NCBI GenBank assembly: GCA_963664875.1
Contig: OY761611.1
Span: 1,152,001-1,216,000 of the forward strand
Length of the DNA: 64,000 bases
Source of the DNA: Candidatus Kapaibacterium sp.
GTDB taxonomy: Bacteria > Bacteroidota > Ignavibacteria > Kapaibacteriales > UBA2268
Reading direction: 5' to 3'
Shown: piece by piece, positions 9,241-21,400 of the stretch
Numbering within the stretch: position 1 is the stretch's first letter
Layout: the number at the start of each line of letters is the position of its first letter
Notes under the pieces: model-generated
What the model was told of the DNA's origin: nothing
What the model saw: the letters and a program-made list of their open reading frames with translations, nothing else
The model's database searches: none
Translations under genes and position numbers: made by a program

Positions 9241-10232
9241 TTTTCTATCAATTCCATAAACATATCTGCAATTTCGTTCAACTCATCCTCACTGATTCGA
9301 CCTTTATGAGTTGGCATCATATATTTTTTGAAGCCAACTGCTATTTGCTTGTCAGGATCAATAATAGAGTTAACAATATAATCTCTGTCGATTTCAATTA
9401 TTCTTGTATTGCCCTCTTCGTCATAGATTTCAGTATCGCCATCGAATAATCCTTTGAAAGAAGGACCGGTGAAGACGCTACCATCTGTGGAGTGGCATGT
9501 AATACAAGTATGCTTTTTAAGTAATTGGAAAGACTCATGGTTGCGGAGAGCTTCTGCAAACTGATTAGCCTTTTGTTCCAATTTCTCTTCATTTGTTACT
9601 TCCTTTTGAGGAGCTTGAGCAAGACCTGTATTTTCTGCTTCATACCAGCTGTCAAACCAGTCAGCATCTACTACTTTTAAAGTGGAATACATATAAGAGT
9701 GGTTTAAGCCACAATACTCAGCACAAGCTACATCAAAAGTACCTTTCACCTTAGGTGTAAGTATCAAATATGTATTTCTGCTTGCTATTACGTCCTCTTT
9801 TAGTCTAAAAGCAGGAATATAGAAGCTGTGGTTCACGTCTATCGAGCGCATCTCAAGTCTTGTAACTCTGTCAACCGGAATGTAAAGTGTATCTGATTTT
9901 TTGCCGTTGGGATAAGTATAATCCCATTGCCACATTCTACCTTTGACATCAACCACTAGCGACTCGTTCGCCGTAGCTCTGAGATTGTGGTAACTTGTAA
10001 AGCTGTAATAAAACATCATCATCACTAAAGCGAGGGGAATTACAATCCAAGCGATTTCCAGCCCCACGTGCCCATGAATTTGGGTTGCCTTAGGGTTTCT
10101 TTTTCTGCTGTATCTAAATACAAAGTAAATCATCGTAACGGTTATACCTATCAAGAAAAAAAGAGATATACTTACGATAAGTAGCATTGTACTATCTACA
10201 CTTTCAGCATAATTTGTTGCACCTGAAAACAT
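9237..10232 (-). CDS. coxB: Cytochrome c oxidase subunit II with fused cytochrome c (caa3-type)
   Basis: CuA motifs 'DVNHSF' and 'CAEYCGLNHSYM', two TM helices, C-terminal CITCH heme motif. Start moved to MFSGATNY after the GAGGT RBS. Confidence 0.93.
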   Translation of the reverse strand: MFSGATNYAESVDSTMLLIVSISLFFLIGITVTMIYFVFRYSRKRNPKATQIHGHVGLEIAWIVIPLALVMMMFYYSFTSYHNLRATANESLVVDVKGRMWQWDYTYPNGKKSDTLYIPVDRVTRLEMRSIDVNHSFYIPAFRLKEDVIASRNTYLILTPKVKGTFDVACAEYCGLNHSYMYSTLKVVDADWFDSWYEAENTGLAQAPQKEVTNEEKLEQKANQFAEALRNHESFQLLKKHTCITCHSTDGSVFTGPSFKGLFDGDTEIYDEEGNTRIIEIDRDYIVNSIIDPDKQIAVGFKKYMMPTHKGRISEDELNEIADMFMELIEK

Positions 10233-10242
10233 ATAATCTACC

Positions 10243-10542
10243 TCACCTATAAAAGACATCAAATGCAGTTAAAGCAAATACTACTGCAAGGATTGTTAGT
10301 GTAACCAGTAAAAACACTTTAAAAATCAAGTCATCGAACTTAATGTGCATAAAGACATTAATCACAAGTATAGACTTAATTGCAGCTATAATCATAGCCA
10401 CCAATAAGGTATAAGAACCTAAATCTATCCCCGCAATCGCAACTGTCAAAGCTGTTAAGCCCAATAATGACATCCAAATCAGTACATTCATTCCGTAACC
10501 CGGAGAATGGTCATCGCTGTGGTTTATTTTGTTGTTATTCAT
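10243..10542 (-). CDS. Cytochrome c oxidase subunit IV (caa3-type)
   Basis: Three TM helices, 'AIKSILVINVFMHIKFD' motif, located between coxC and coxB. Start moved to MNNNK. Confidence 0.85.
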   Translation of the reverse strand: MNNNKINHSDDHSPGYGMNVLIWMSLLGLTALTVAIAGIDLGSYTLLVAMIIAAIKSILVINVFMHIKFDDLIFKVFLLVTLTILAVVFALTAFDVFYR

Positions 10543-10553
10543 GTCATTACCTC

Positions 10554-11177
10554 TTAGTGTAATAAGTAAAAGAGCGGGAATAAAAATATCCAAATAAGGT
10601 CAACCAAGTGCCAATATAGTCCGCCGTTTTCTAACTTGATATAGTTGTCAGAAGTTACTTTGTCTCTATAAATAAAACTTAGCATAAATGCCAAAATAAC
10701 GACACCTATTATTATATGTAGCCCGTGGAGACCTGTCATTGTGTAGTACAAGCCATAGAATATGACCTGTCCGTTTGACATATCAGCTAAAGTTTCTGAC
10801 CCCGGATAAATGCCGTGATGTATCTTAGCTGACCACTCGAAATACTTAATTACCATAAAACCAAGTGCAAACACTTTTGTAAGTACCAAATATAGCATAG
10901 AATAGAGCTTATTGCCTTTTCTTAGAGCTACTATAGAAAGCACCATTGTCAAAGAACTTGTCAGCAATATCATTGTATTGACTGTACCCATAGTAATATC
11001 AAGCTCTTTAGCGGCAAGATGGAACTCCTGAGAGTATTGGTATCTATAAGCCATATAGAGTATAAAAAGCCCACCAAACAGCAATAGTTCAGTAAAAAGG
11101 AACAGCCACATTCCTATCTTCGCACCGTAATCGTCGCGGTGCGTATGTGTTTCATGACTAACTGTTTCCGTGCTCAT
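10554..11177 (-). CDS. coxC: Cytochrome c oxidase subunit III
   Basis: 'GMWLFLFTELLLFGGLF', 'TGLHGLH', 'LYWHLVDLIWIFLFPLFY'. Confidence 0.93.
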   Translation of the reverse strand: MSTETVSHETHTHRDDYGAKIGMWLFLFTELLLFGGLFILYMAYRYQYSQEFHLAAKELDITMGTVNTMILLTSSLTMVLSIVALRKGNKLYSMLYLVLTKVFALGFMVIKYFEWSAKIHHGIYPGSETLADMSNGQVIFYGLYYTMTGLHGLHIIIGVVILAFMLSFIYRDKVTSDNYIKLENGGLYWHLVDLIWIFLFPLFYLLH

Positions 11178-12804
11178 CGCCTTCCTCCTCTAATAGCTCA
11201 TAATCGTAAGGTCCATGCGTTACAATAGGTTCTTCCATAAAGTTAGTAAGTGGTGGCGGAGACGGAACTGTCCATTCCAAAGTTAAACCACCCCATGGGT
11301 TAGCAGGAGCTTTCTCTCCGGATCTCCATGCTTTGATAAGATTATATGCCATTAGAATAATACCTGCGATTAGTACCCATGAGCCAACAGTAGCAACCTG
11401 ATGCAATGTTTCAAATTGTGGCAGATAATCGTAGTATCTTCTTGGCATACCGAGATATCCGAGTATAAACATTGTGAAGTAAAGCATATTAAAGCCTACA
11501 AACATAATTCCTATAGACCACAATGCTCGTTTTTCGTTGTACATCTTACCAAACATCTTAGGGAACCAGTAATGAATTGCTGCAAAGAAAATAAATGCTG
11601 TACCGCCAAACATTACGTAGTGGAAGTGACCTACTACAAAATATGTATCATGCAAATGAACATCAGTAGAGAGTGAACCAAGTACAAGACCGGTCAAACC
11701 ACCGATTGAAAACAGCACAATAAATGCCATCACAAATGCAAAAGGAGCCGACATTTTGATAGATCCCTTATACATAGTCGCAACCCAGTTAAACACTTTC
11801 ACAGCACTCGGTATGGCAACGATATATGTAAAGAAGGAGAAAATCCATCTTGATGTATCACTCATGCCTGATGTAAACATGTGGTGTCCCCACACGAGGT
11901 AGCCTACAAAAGCAATAGCCAATGACGAGAACACAATAGCTTTATAACCGAAGATATGCTTGCGGGCAAACGTCGGAATAATTTCAGAAACTACACCCAT
12001 GGCAGGTAAAATCATAATATATACTGCAGGGTGAGAGTAAATCCAGAATAAGTGCTGGAATAAAATCGGATCGCCGCCTTTAGCAGGATCAAATAGACCA
12101 ACACCAAAATATTGTTCTACAATTACTAATAAGATTGTTATACCAACTACCGGTGTTGCAATGATTTGAATCCATGCAGTTGAGTATAATGACCATACAA
12201 AAAGAGGCATTCTGAAAAATTTCATACCTTTTGCACGAAGCCTATGTACAGTTGTTACAAAGTTTATGCCCGTAAGAATTGAAGAAAATCCGAGTATAAA
12301 CGCCCCGAGCAGCGGGAATATTACCTCCGTAGTTGTCCTTAAGCTATACGGCACATAAAATGTCCAACCCGTATCAATTGGACCACCAGAGAGGAATAGT
12401 GAAAATATAGCAAACAAACCGCCGATTGTATAAAGCCACCATGAGGCTAAATTCAATCGAGGAAAACTAACGTCTTCCGCCCCAATATGTATTGGCAGGA
12501 AGAAGTTACCAAATGCAGCCGGAATGCCGGGCACAATAAACAGGAATATCATTATAATGCCGTGCAAAGTAAAGACAGCATTATAAGTCTGTGGTTCCAT
12601 GATTGTTCTGCCTTGGCTTAACATCTCGAATCTCATTAAGAAACCGAGAGTAACTCCAACAGCAAAGAAACCAAGCATGGAAATCAAATAAAGAATACCA
12701 ACTCTTTTGTGATCAGTGGATAATATCCAGGCGAAAATGCCTTTATACTTCCCCTTATAATCCAAAAAGCTTGTGTAATTGGTATCAACTCCTTGAGTTG
12801 CCAT
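11158..12804 (-). CDS. coxA: Heme-copper oxidase subunit I, type A2
   Basis: 'TDHKRVG', 'HLFWIYSHPAVY' (YS motif of A2 type), 'WGHH', 'HDTYFVVGHFHY', 'GMPRRY'. Confidence 0.96.
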   Translation of the reverse strand: MATQGVDTNYTSFLDYKGKYKGIFAWILSTDHKRVGILYLISMLGFFAVGVTLGFLMRFEMLSQGRTIMEPQTYNAVFTLHGIIMIFLFIVPGIPAAFGNFFLPIHIGAEDVSFPRLNLASWWLYTIGGLFAIFSLFLSGGPIDTGWTFYVPYSLRTTTEVIFPLLGAFILGFSSILTGINFVTTVHRLRAKGMKFFRMPLFVWSLYSTAWIQIIATPVVGITILLVIVEQYFGVGLFDPAKGGDPILFQHLFWIYSHPAVYIMILPAMGVVSEIIPTFARKHIFGYKAIVFSSLAIAFVGYLVWGHHMFTSGMSDTSRWIFSFFTYIVAIPSAVKVFNWVATMYKGSIKMSAPFAFVMAFIVLFSIGGLTGLVLGSLSTDVHLHDTYFVVGHFHYVMFGGTAFIFFAAIHYWFPKMFGKMYNEKRALWSIGIMFVGFNMLYFTMFILGYLGMPRRYYDYLPQFETLHQVATVGSWVLIAGIILMAYNLIKAWRSGEKAPANPWGGLTLEWTVPSPPPLTNFMEEPIVTHGPYDYELLEEEGDEHGNS

Positions 12805-12807
12805 AAA

Positions 12808-13593
12808 TTACTCCTTGTTTGAATTTTTATCTTTTTTTCTGCCTTTTATCAGAAGTACTGCGAAGAACAGACCAATAGAAGCAAAAATCACGGTGCCTGC
12901 AATCTTATTAAAATTGAAGACATATTTATTTCCTTCAGGGTCATAGCTAAAACAATACTCCAATATTTTATTTATAGTAGGTGTAGCTTTTCCTTCGCTT
13001 GCCTCAATAAGAGCCATTTTAACATCAAAAGGAAGAAACTGAGTACCTGTTAGGTATCTTGTGATTTTCCCTTTCGGAGAGACCATTATTAGAGTGGCAG
13101 CGTGGACATAGTCTTTACCGTCTTCTTTGTAATAAAATCCGGCAGCATCTGTTAGTTTTCTGACAGATAAGCTATCTCCTACCATAAATTTCCAATCTTC
13201 CGGAGACATATCTTTTCGTTTTAAAGAACTAAAATGGTTTTTATGCCATTTTTTTGCTAATTCAGCATTTTCTTTATGGTCAAAACTTATAGTTAAAACC
13301 TGAAAATCTTCCCCGGGATTAAGTTCTACTTTATCAACGACTTCACTTAGTCCTGTCAAAAGAGGGCTACAAATTCCCGGGCAATTATAATAGACAAACG
13401 CCAAAATTGTAGGTTTGTCAATCAATTCAGAAAGTTTATAAGTCTTTCCGTCAGAATTAGTAAAACTCAGCTCCAACGGTAAAGTCTCTCCGAGATGCTC
13501 TTCTATACCTAATTTCTCTTCGCTTTGTTCAGTATTTGCCAAAATCGAGGAGAAACAAAATAGAAAAGCAAATATGTAAATCATATTTCTCAT
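12808..13593 (-). CDS. SCO1/SenC copper chaperone
   Basis: 'YYNCPGICSP' CxxxC motif, conserved His in 'DYVHAA', C-terminal TM helix. Confidence 0.9.
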   Translation of the reverse strand: MRNMIYIFAFLFCFSSILANTEQSEEKLGIEEHLGETLPLELSFTNSDGKTYKLSELIDKPTILAFVYYNCPGICSPLLTGLSEVVDKVELNPGEDFQVLTISFDHKENAELAKKWHKNHFSSLKRKDMSPEDWKFMVGDSLSVRKLTDAAGFYYKEDGKDYVHAATLIMVSPKGKITRYLTGTQFLPFDVKMALIEASEGKATPTINKILEYCFSYDPEGNKYVFNFNKIAGTVIFASIGLFFAVLLIKGRKKDKNSNKE

Positions 13594-13701
13594 AAGAATA
13601 CCTAAATTTAATTATCGTAGTTTCTAAACTATGCCAATCCATTCATTATAGAGATTGTAAAAAAATATCTCAATGGATATTTTTTTTGGTTAGTATCTGT
13701 T

Positions 13702-13737
13702 ATAATCAACCGTAGGGTTAACCCTACGGTTGATTAT
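13702..13737. repeat. Perfect 36-bp palindrome between the ACIII and oxidase halves of the cluster
   Basis: ataatcaaccgtagggtt|aaccctacggttgattat. Confidence 0.9.
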
Positions 13738-13759
13738 GTTGAATTGACTTTAGCATAAT

Positions 13760-14710
13760 TTATGAGAACTTGAGTGCAAGATACTTTCTAACAGCATCCC
13801 ACTTTTCTTTATCAATTTTCAAAGCTTCAGTATTGAAGCCATTTTCGCCGATGTGGCTGGTTATTACATCAAGCATTACATCAGTATCCTCTACCCACCT
13901 TAAATCCTTGCCAAGTACTGTCATTGCAGTTTTTACGCAGTAAGTAGCAGATTTGAAAGTTAATGCTTCTTCATAGATTCTGTCATTTTGTACAGCCTTG
14001 CTAAGCATCTCTACATCTTTCATCAGCTTGGTTTGACTCTTCTGTATGATTTCTTTTGCTTTGGCAACAGGAATCTGCGGAGCAGTTGTCAAACCTTCCG
14101 TCAGCTTATAAGTCATATCTAAGGTCATTATATCTTCTTCAGTGTCCTGAGGATAATCAGTACCGAAGTTCTTTCTTATGTAGTGAATTAGTGCGATTCT
14201 GTCTGTCGGAGTAAGGTAATTATACGATACCATACCGTTTGCAACTATACCTTCTTCCAAAGTCTTATACATATCACCAAATTTTCTGCCGTTTGTCCAG
14301 CCATCAGCTGAAGTAAAATTACGAGGTTTAGGGTTCATAGAAGCACCTGCGACACCATCACCTTTACCTGCGTCTCCGTGGCAGGAAGCACATGTAGTTG
14401 CAAATAGCTCCTTGCCTTTCGCTAGCAATTCATCATTTGGAGTAGAAAGAATACTTAAATCAATACCCGCTACAGACATAGCTGCTTTTGGTTCTAAATC
14501 CTTGTTATAGTCAGGGATATTTGTTTTTGAAGGCGGAATAAGGTTCCTTTCTATAGTTGCCATATTGTCAACATAGAATTTGCCTGCTATAACAATGCCG
14601 ACTATAATTACCGGATAAATCAGTCCAAACCAACGACTTGGAGTCTTAGCAAGTTTGATAAAATCTATCTCGATTTCCGGTCTTTTATTGTTTTCCATAT
14701 CATTTACCAT
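13760..14710 (-). CDS. Membrane-anchored monoheme cytochrome c
   Basis: N-terminal TM helix, CASCH, 'PKPRNFT...GMVSY' cytochrome c domain, uncharacterised C-terminal helical region. Confidence 0.85.
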   Translation of the reverse strand: MVNDMENNKRPEIEIDFIKLAKTPSRWFGLIYPVIIVGIVIAGKFYVDNMATIERNLIPPSKTNIPDYNKDLEPKAAMSVAGIDLSILSTPNDELLAKGKELFATTCASCHGDAGKGDGVAGASMNPKPRNFTSADGWTNGRKFGDMYKTLEEGIVANGMVSYNYLTPTDRIALIHYIRKNFGTDYPQDTEEDIMTLDMTYKLTEGLTTAPQIPVAKAKEIIQKSQTKLMKDVEMLSKAVQNDRIYEEALTFKSATYCVKTAMTVLGKDLRWVEDTDVMLDVITSHIGENGFNTEALKIDKEKWDAVRKYLALKFS

Positions 14711-14717
14711 TTACAGA

Positions 14718-15902
14718 TTATAAATGAAACTCGAGTCCGCGCTGCAATTTCGGGTCACCAACAGGCAACATATTCTTGTTTTTAGAACCAATTGCAAACA
14801 CCAAAATAATAACACCTGCCGGTAAGATAAATAGAGATAATTCTATCCAACCGAAAACAGGAGCTTCTTTGCTAAATGTAGGCATTATCAGCCAGTATAA
14901 GTCGAGAATGTGTGCAAACATTATCCAGATAGACATAAATTTAAGTCTTGTAGGATTGCTCTTAGCAGGCTGAGCTACTAAAGCAAAATATGGCACAGCA
15001 AAACGAATTATGATTAGCAAAAGAGAAACAACTCCCCATCCGCCTTCCATTCTATTGATATACCAAAATGTTTCTTCAGGAATATTAGAATACCAGATAA
15101 GAAGGAATTGAGAGAAGCCTATATAAGCCCAGAAGTTAGTGAAAGCAAACAGCAAGGCACCAAAGTTATAATAGTGATCTTTGTTGATATATTTGCTTAA
15201 ATATCCTTTCTGGTGCAAAGTAATAGCTATAAATGTCAATAATGCCAAACCGGTAAGTAAAGAACCTGAGAAATAGTAAACTCCAAAGATTGTGGAGAAC
15301 CAATGCGGCTCTAAACTCATAATCCAGTCGATAGACATGATAGTAACACCAATACCAAATATTGGAAGGAACATAGCAGACATTTTAATAGCTCTGCCGG
15401 TCAGTTTCCCTTCGCCTGTAGTGTCTTGCTTTTTGGATAGTCTTGTAAAAAGAGTATAAAACAAGATCATAAGGAAGAAGAAAGCAGCACTTCGTATGTA
15501 AAAGAATGATTCATTTAGATACGGAGCTTTTTGAGTCAAAAACTTATCGCCTTCCACAGCTTCTTTGTGAGTCCAGTGAAACATATCGTGCATATTGAAA
15601 ATAAGTGGAATTGCAAGCAAAGGAAGTATCCAAAAAATACCCGCATTCACTTCATTTACTCTTCTGAAAGGCACAGACCAGACAGCTCCTGCTATATACT
15701 CAAGTGCTACTATAAAGATAGAACCAACGCCTACGCTCAATAAGAACATATAAATTATATTCATATTAAAGGCAGCTCTGACATGATCTGAGGCAAAGCC
15801 AGCTGCTAATATCCCGGCACCAATGAGGAAAAGCACTAATCCAATCATTGTTACTTTAGCCGGAATCGGCTTTTTGACATAGTCTAATTGGAATTTGCTC
15901 AT
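14718..15902 (-). CDS. actF: Alternative complex III subunit ActF
   Basis: ~10 TM helices, 'DWIMSLEPHWFSTIFG', 'FSQFLLIWYSNIPEET'. Confidence 0.9.
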   Translation of the reverse strand: MSKFQLDYVKKPIPAKVTMIGLVLFLIGAGILAAGFASDHVRAAFNMNIIYMFLLSVGVGSIFIVALEYIAGAVWSVPFRRVNEVNAGIFWILPLLAIPLIFNMHDMFHWTHKEAVEGDKFLTQKAPYLNESFFYIRSAAFFFLMILFYTLFTRLSKKQDTTGEGKLTGRAIKMSAMFLPIFGIGVTIMSIDWIMSLEPHWFSTIFGVYYFSGSLLTGLALLTFIAITLHQKGYLSKYINKDHYYNFGALLFAFTNFWAYIGFSQFLLIWYSNIPEETFWYINRMEGGWGVVSLLLIIIRFAVPYFALVAQPAKSNPTRLKFMSIWIMFAHILDLYWLIMPTFSKEAPVFGWIELSLFILPAGVIILVFAIGSKNKNMLPVGDPKLQRGLEFHL

Positions 15903-17038
15903 TTTACGTCCTCCTCATTAGCGTGTTTTGCTCTTTGTAGTGCTCGTACATAGTTAATAATTGCCCAGCGTTGTTCGCGAGTAATCTGTTTAGCATAAGA
16001 AGGCATTATATTTTGTCCTTCAGTCATAATATGGAAGATTCTTCCGTCTTTCCAGTTTCTTACTTTGTCAGTGTGCAAACTTGGAGGATTAGGGAATTGA
16101 TTATTCAATCTTCCGTCACCATCGCCATATAGTCCATGGCAAGGGCTGCAGTAAATATCATATCTTTCTTTGCCAAGTTCCAAATTTGCATCATCAGGGA
16201 AAGAAGGATTTACTAAATACTTCTCAGCAGAATCAGGTTGCCCTGTATATAAATATGGCATAAAACCTTTGGCTACAGTACCTTTAACCGGCTCTCTCAT
16301 AGAAAAACCATCTTCAAAGAAATCAGTTGGTTTCTGAGCTGAAAACTTATGCTGAGTCATCATCCAGTCAAATGGTGCTTCAAACAATGCTTTATTCATT
16401 ATGAAATATGCGATTGTTGAAACTGTTATAGCCAACAACACAAGGAAGCCAATAAACTTTTTGTCGAAAACAGCCGGTTTCCAGCCGGTTTCTTCTTCGT
16501 CGAAATAAATTTCTTCGATAGATTCGGCTCCAAGTTCTTGATATAAGGCTCTGATTTCAGCTTCATTGAATTTCTCATCATCAGCTTCGATTAGCAAGCC
16601 ATATCTGTCTGAAGATACTTTTTTCATATACTCAGTATCGTGGACAGGGTGACTGTTATTTGGAAACTTGAAGAAGAATATAATCATGGAAGCAACTGTG
16701 CCAACTGAAGCAAGCAACACAGTTACCTCGAATGTAATAGGAATGAATGCAGGTAAAGCAAATAATGGCTTACCTCCTATAACATTCGGATAGTCCACAT
16801 TGGTAGTCCACCACATAAAAAGCAAGGCAAGAGTTGCACCTGTCAAACCAAGTACCAAAGCAAAATAACCAAGCTTAGATGGTGGCAATTTCATAGCTCC
16901 GTCCATCCCGTGAACAGGATATGGAGTATTTACATCAAATTTTTTATATCCTTTATCTGCAACTGTTTTCGCAGCTTTCATTATTTTATCAGGACTGTCG
17001 AAAAGAGCAGCAAGTGAGTAAAGCATTTTGTTATTCAT
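15899..17038 (-). CDS. actDE: ACIII ActD-ActE fusion (DUF3341 plus monoheme cytochrome c)
   Basis: 'TPYPVHGMD', 'IGGKP', '[11 protein letters not shown]' (ActD), followed by CSPCH...'MPSYA' (ActE). Start moved to MNNK after the GGAGG RBS. Confidence 0.88.
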   Translation of the reverse strand: MNNKMLYSLAALFDSPDKIMKAAKTVADKGYKKFDVNTPYPVHGMDGAMKLPPSKLGYFALVLGLTGATLALLFMWWTTNVDYPNVIGGKPLFALPAFIPITFEVTVLLASVGTVASMIIFFFKFPNNSHPVHDTEYMKKVSSDRYGLLIEADDEKFNEAEIRALYQELGAESIEEIYFDEEETGWKPAVFDKKFIGFLVLLAITVSTIAYFIMNKALFEAPFDWMMTQHKFSAQKPTDFFEDGFSMREPVKGTVAKGFMPYLYTGQPDSAEKYLVNPSFPDDANLELGKERYDIYCSPCHGLYGDGDGRLNNQFPNPPSLHTDKVRNWKDGRIFHIMTEGQNIMPSYAKQITREQRWAIINYVRALQRAKHANEEDVK

Positions 17039-18428
17039 GTTTATTACCTCCTTCCTCTTCGTCATGTCCATGATGCGAAGGCTGAGCTCCATCTACAACT
17101 GCTTTTACCTCTGCGATAGAGACTACAGGCATTGTTTTTGTGAAAAGGAGCAATAAAGTAAAGAACATACCAAATGAGCCAATCAGAATACCAAAGTCAA
17201 CTAATGTTGGCTTGTAGTATGCCCAGCTTGATGGCAAGAAGTCTCTGGATAGAGAAGTAACGGTAATCACAAAACGCTCGAACCACATACCCACGTTTAC
17301 AAATACACCTATCATAAACATGAAAGGAATACTTCTGCGTAGTTTTTTAATCCAAAACAGCTGAGGTGAGATTACGTTGCAAGAAACCATAATCCAGTAT
17401 GCCCAAGCATAATCTCCAAATGCTCTATTCACAAAAGCGAAAGATTCTGCCTGGTTGCCGCTGTACCATGCAATAAAGAATTCCATAGCGTAAGCATAAC
17501 CTACCATAGAGCCTGTAAGAATGATAATTTTATTCATCTTCTCGAGAGTATCTACAGTAATAATATGCTCCATATTGAATATTTTTCTGATAAATATCAG
17601 CACATTCTGCACCATTGCAAAACCTGAGAACACCGCACCTGCCACAAAGTATGGCGGGAAGATGGTGGTATGCCAGCCCGGAAGTACTGACACGGCGAAG
17701 TCAAAACTCACGATAGTGTGCACCGAAAGCACAAGCGGAGTAGCAAAACCTGCCAAAATCAAATAAATCATTTCATAGTTAAGCCAGTGGCGGTTGGAAT
17801 GTCTCCAACCCAAGCTAAGAATAGAGTATATCACTTTCTTGATTTTGTTAGTTGTTCTGTCTCTCATAGTTGCAAAATCAGGCATCAAGCCAACATACCA
17901 GAACACAAAGGAGACAGTGAAATATGTAGATACCGCAAAAACGTCCCACAACAGCGGCGAAGTAAAGTTTACCCAAAGTCCGTGCTGATTAGGCAGCGGG
18001 AACAAATAATGAGCTAACCAAGGTCTGCCGACGTGGATTAGCGGGAAAATACCTGCGGTCATAACTGCAAATATTGTCATACCTTCAGCAAATCTGGCGA
18101 TACCATTTCTCCATTTCTGTCGGAACAAAAAGAGAATAGCCGAGATAAGAGTACCGGCGTGACCAATGCCTACCCAGAATACGAAGTTTACGATAGGGAA
18201 ACCCCACCCTACAGGGTTGTTGTTACCCCACATACCGGTACCATAATAAAAAGACAATCCCAAGCTAAGCGCACCAATCATCATAAGAGTCATAGTGAAA
18301 CCAATAGCCATAAAGAACTTCTTATCGGGCATCGTTTCGGTCGGCTTTATAACTACTTCATCAATAGAAGCTAAAGTCGGCTTACCTTCGATTACTGAAG
18401 GTTCATGGGTGTAATCAGTGTTCACCAT
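17031..18428 (-). CDS. actC: ACIII quinol-binding subunit ActC (NrfD/PsrC family)
   Basis: '[19 protein letters not shown]', 'HVGRPW', '[11 protein letters not shown]', '[15 protein letters not shown]'. Confidence 0.94.
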   Translation of the reverse strand: MVNTDYTHEPSVIEGKPTLASIDEVVIKPTETMPDKKFFMAIGFTMTLMMIGALSLGLSFYYGTGMWGNNNPVGWGFPIVNFVFWVGIGHAGTLISAILFLFRQKWRNGIARFAEGMTIFAVMTAGIFPLIHVGRPWLAHYLFPLPNQHGLWVNFTSPLLWDVFAVSTYFTVSFVFWYVGLMPDFATMRDRTTNKIKKVIYSILSLGWRHSNRHWLNYEMIYLILAGFATPLVLSVHTIVSFDFAVSVLPGWHTTIFPPYFVAGAVFSGFAMVQNVLIFIRKIFNMEHIITVDTLEKMNKIIILTGSMVGYAYAMEFFIAWYSGNQAESFAFVNRAFGDYAWAYWIMVSCNVISPQLFWIKKLRRSIPFMFMIGVFVNVGMWFERFVITVTSLSRDFLPSSWAYYKPTLVDFGILIGSFGMFFTLLLLFTKTMPVVSIAEVKAVVDGAQPSHHGHDEEEGGNKHE

Positions 18429-21400
18429 GTCCTCCGTTTGTATGTTTGTTTCTCAATTTTGCTAAATAAGTAACGTTAGGTCTCACGTTTAACATTTCAA
18501 GAACATGATATCCTAAATCGTGTTTTGCTAATTTTGAAATTGCTGAGTTCGGATCGTTTACATTTCCAAATACAATCGCATCGGCAGGGCAGGCTTCCTG
18601 GCAGGCAGTTGTAATACCAGCACCTGTAAACTTTTCGCCTTTTTCTGTTGCGATTTGGCGTGCTTCTGTTATACGTTGTACGCAGAATGTACATTTTTCC
18701 ATCACACCTCTTGCACGGACTGTAACTTCCGGATTGTTCATCAATTTCAAAGAATCAGAGTATTGATAGCCGTCTTCAAACATTTCTCTAAAATCAAAGA
18801 AGTTGAATCGGCGCACTTTGTATGGGCAGTTATTAGCACAATATCTCGTACCTACGCAGCGATTATAAACCATTTGGTTCAAACCGTCCGGGCTGTGAGT
18901 AGTTGCTACTACCGGGCATACATTTTCGCATGGTGCATTGTCGCAATGTTGACAAATCATAGGCTGAATACTTGCTTCCGGTTCATCAGGAGTACCGCTG
19001 AAGTATCTGTCGATACGTATCCAGTGCATTTCCCGACCTTTGGAAGTTTCTTCTTTACCAACGATAGGTACATTGTTTTCAACATTACAAGCAGCCACAC
19101 ATAAAGAACAACCCGTACACTTATTCAAGTCCATCGCCATAGCCCATTTTTCATTGGGATATTCGATGTCAGGTGTAATGCTTATTACTTCATGTTTATG
19201 TGCGTGAAGGAAATGCGGGTCTTCTTTATATTGTTTGACAGTGCCTTCCTGAATAATATCTCTGATTTTGTGAAAATCTTTTACAAAATCATCATCAAGA
19301 GCGTGGTGTTCCTGAGTAGCTACCAGCTTATGTTCGCCTTCTACTTTAGAAACTTTTGCACCTGTAAATATTCTTTCTGAGAGTCCGCTATTTTTAGACA
19401 TTAGTATATTTACATTTGTACCGACTTCAGAGCCTACGGTTCCACCTTTTTCGCGACCGTAACCTATTTCTGTATATACAAGGTCATCAGCTGTACCGGC
19501 TTGCACCCAGACAGGAAGTATTTGTTTTCTGCCATTAATATTTATTTCGATGATGTCATTATCTTTCAAATCCATTTTTTTTGCAGTTGAAGGAGAAACA
19601 GCAGCGTAGTTGTCCCATACCACTTTTGAAACCGGATGAGGAATTTCCTGAAGCCAACCGTTATTTGCAAGGCTACCGTCTCCAATCATACTATTAGCAA
19701 GGACAACAGTAAAACCGGATTTTGATACAGGTTTTAGTGCATTTAAAGCATTATAATTGAATTGGATTTGCGGATGTTCGCCTTCTCCCATTTGTGGATT
19801 AAACGTAACAAAACCATCGTGAAGAGCAGCATACCAGAACTTCTCAAAAGAGCCTATTTTAGCAATTTTTGGAAATTCTTCTGACTGCCAACGATTCATA
19901 ATATATTTGTGGTAGTTGTCATCTGAATACTTATCAGCACCTTCAATCCAGGTCAATAGCAAAGATTCTTTCTGCCTTGTGTCATGTATTGGAGATATAA
20001 CGGGCTGACGGAGAGAAATAACTCCAACTCTGCCACCGAAATCGCCCCAAGACTCAAAAGCATGATTTACCGGAAGCAAAAATCCTGCATGAGCAGATGT
20101 CTCATTTTCAATCTGAGTCATAGCAATTACTTCAGGCACTTTTTTGAGTGCTTCCTTGAAACCATAATCTGAAGGTAAATCAAATGAAGGATTTGCCTCA
20201 AATGAAATCAAAACTTCAACTTTACCTGAATTCATATCAGCAACTAAGTTTTCAAGTTCTTCTTTTGAAGAGTTTGACATTGTCTGAGTATAATGATTAT
20301 CAAGATATAAGTCTTTAGCTCCGAGTATTTCATTCAGCAGATTAACAGCTATGTGTGTTTCTTTTGAGTGAAGAGTACCGGCAGAAGCTACAGCTTTGCC
20401 ACTATGTTTTGCTAAATCATCAGCAAGAAGATGAATTGTTTCTTTGTTCAATCCATATTTGGAAATAACACTATCCAGTCTATAAGAAGAAATTGAAGAG
20501 ATGCTTCCTTTTGCCAAATGATTGGCAAGAGCGAGTATCAATTCTAAATGAGCTTCAGGTGTAAGTCTTACTCTGTAATCCGCATTTGCACCGGTAAGAC
20601 TGAAACCGCCTTCTACAGCATAGATTCTGTTGAAATTATCTAAATCTTCGTGGTTTCTTCTACTAGTGATTGCTTGAGTTTGTTCAACGGTATTACCGTC
20701 ATTTCCAAGCAAATCAGCTTCAAACGTTACAATAATATCTGCTTTTGAGTAATCAATACCCGGGAACTTTTCAGAACCATAGCAAACCTTCCATGCAGCA
20801 TCTCGGGCAGAATCATTGATTGTATCATAAGAATATACATTTGTAGTAGGATACTTAGCTTTAAAATCACTAAGAAGCTTCAAAAAAGTAGGCGAACTGC
20901 TGTTTTTAGTAAAAATAGCAATCTCTTTTCCGCTTGCTACTGCATTTTCAAGCTTTTCAATAACTTTTTTATCTATTACATCCCATTTAGTTTTCTTTTT
21001 GAAGAATCTGTCAAACTCCAAAGTACTTTCGTCGTACATCTGTGGGTATCGGATTCTATCCGGATCATATAAATCCATTAGAGAGGCTTGGCCATAAACA
21101 TCAATTTTCCCTTTATTTATAGGATGCTCAGGGTTACCATCGATTTTGACAGGTCTGCCTTCTCTTGTTTTGATTAAAATACCAAGTCCGTTATCAAGAG
21201 TAGAAGCATAGTAATTAGCCTTACCCATAGTAACTTCTTCAGGTTTTTTATTGTAATTGACAATAGCGCCTTTATCACGATAATCCGTACAAGCAGTAGC
21301 AGCAAAGGCAGCTGAAGCCCCCATAAGAGCGAGAAATCTTCTTCTGGATTTTTCGGGCATATCTTCCAACTTGAATTCGTCGGTAACACCCGGCTTAAAC

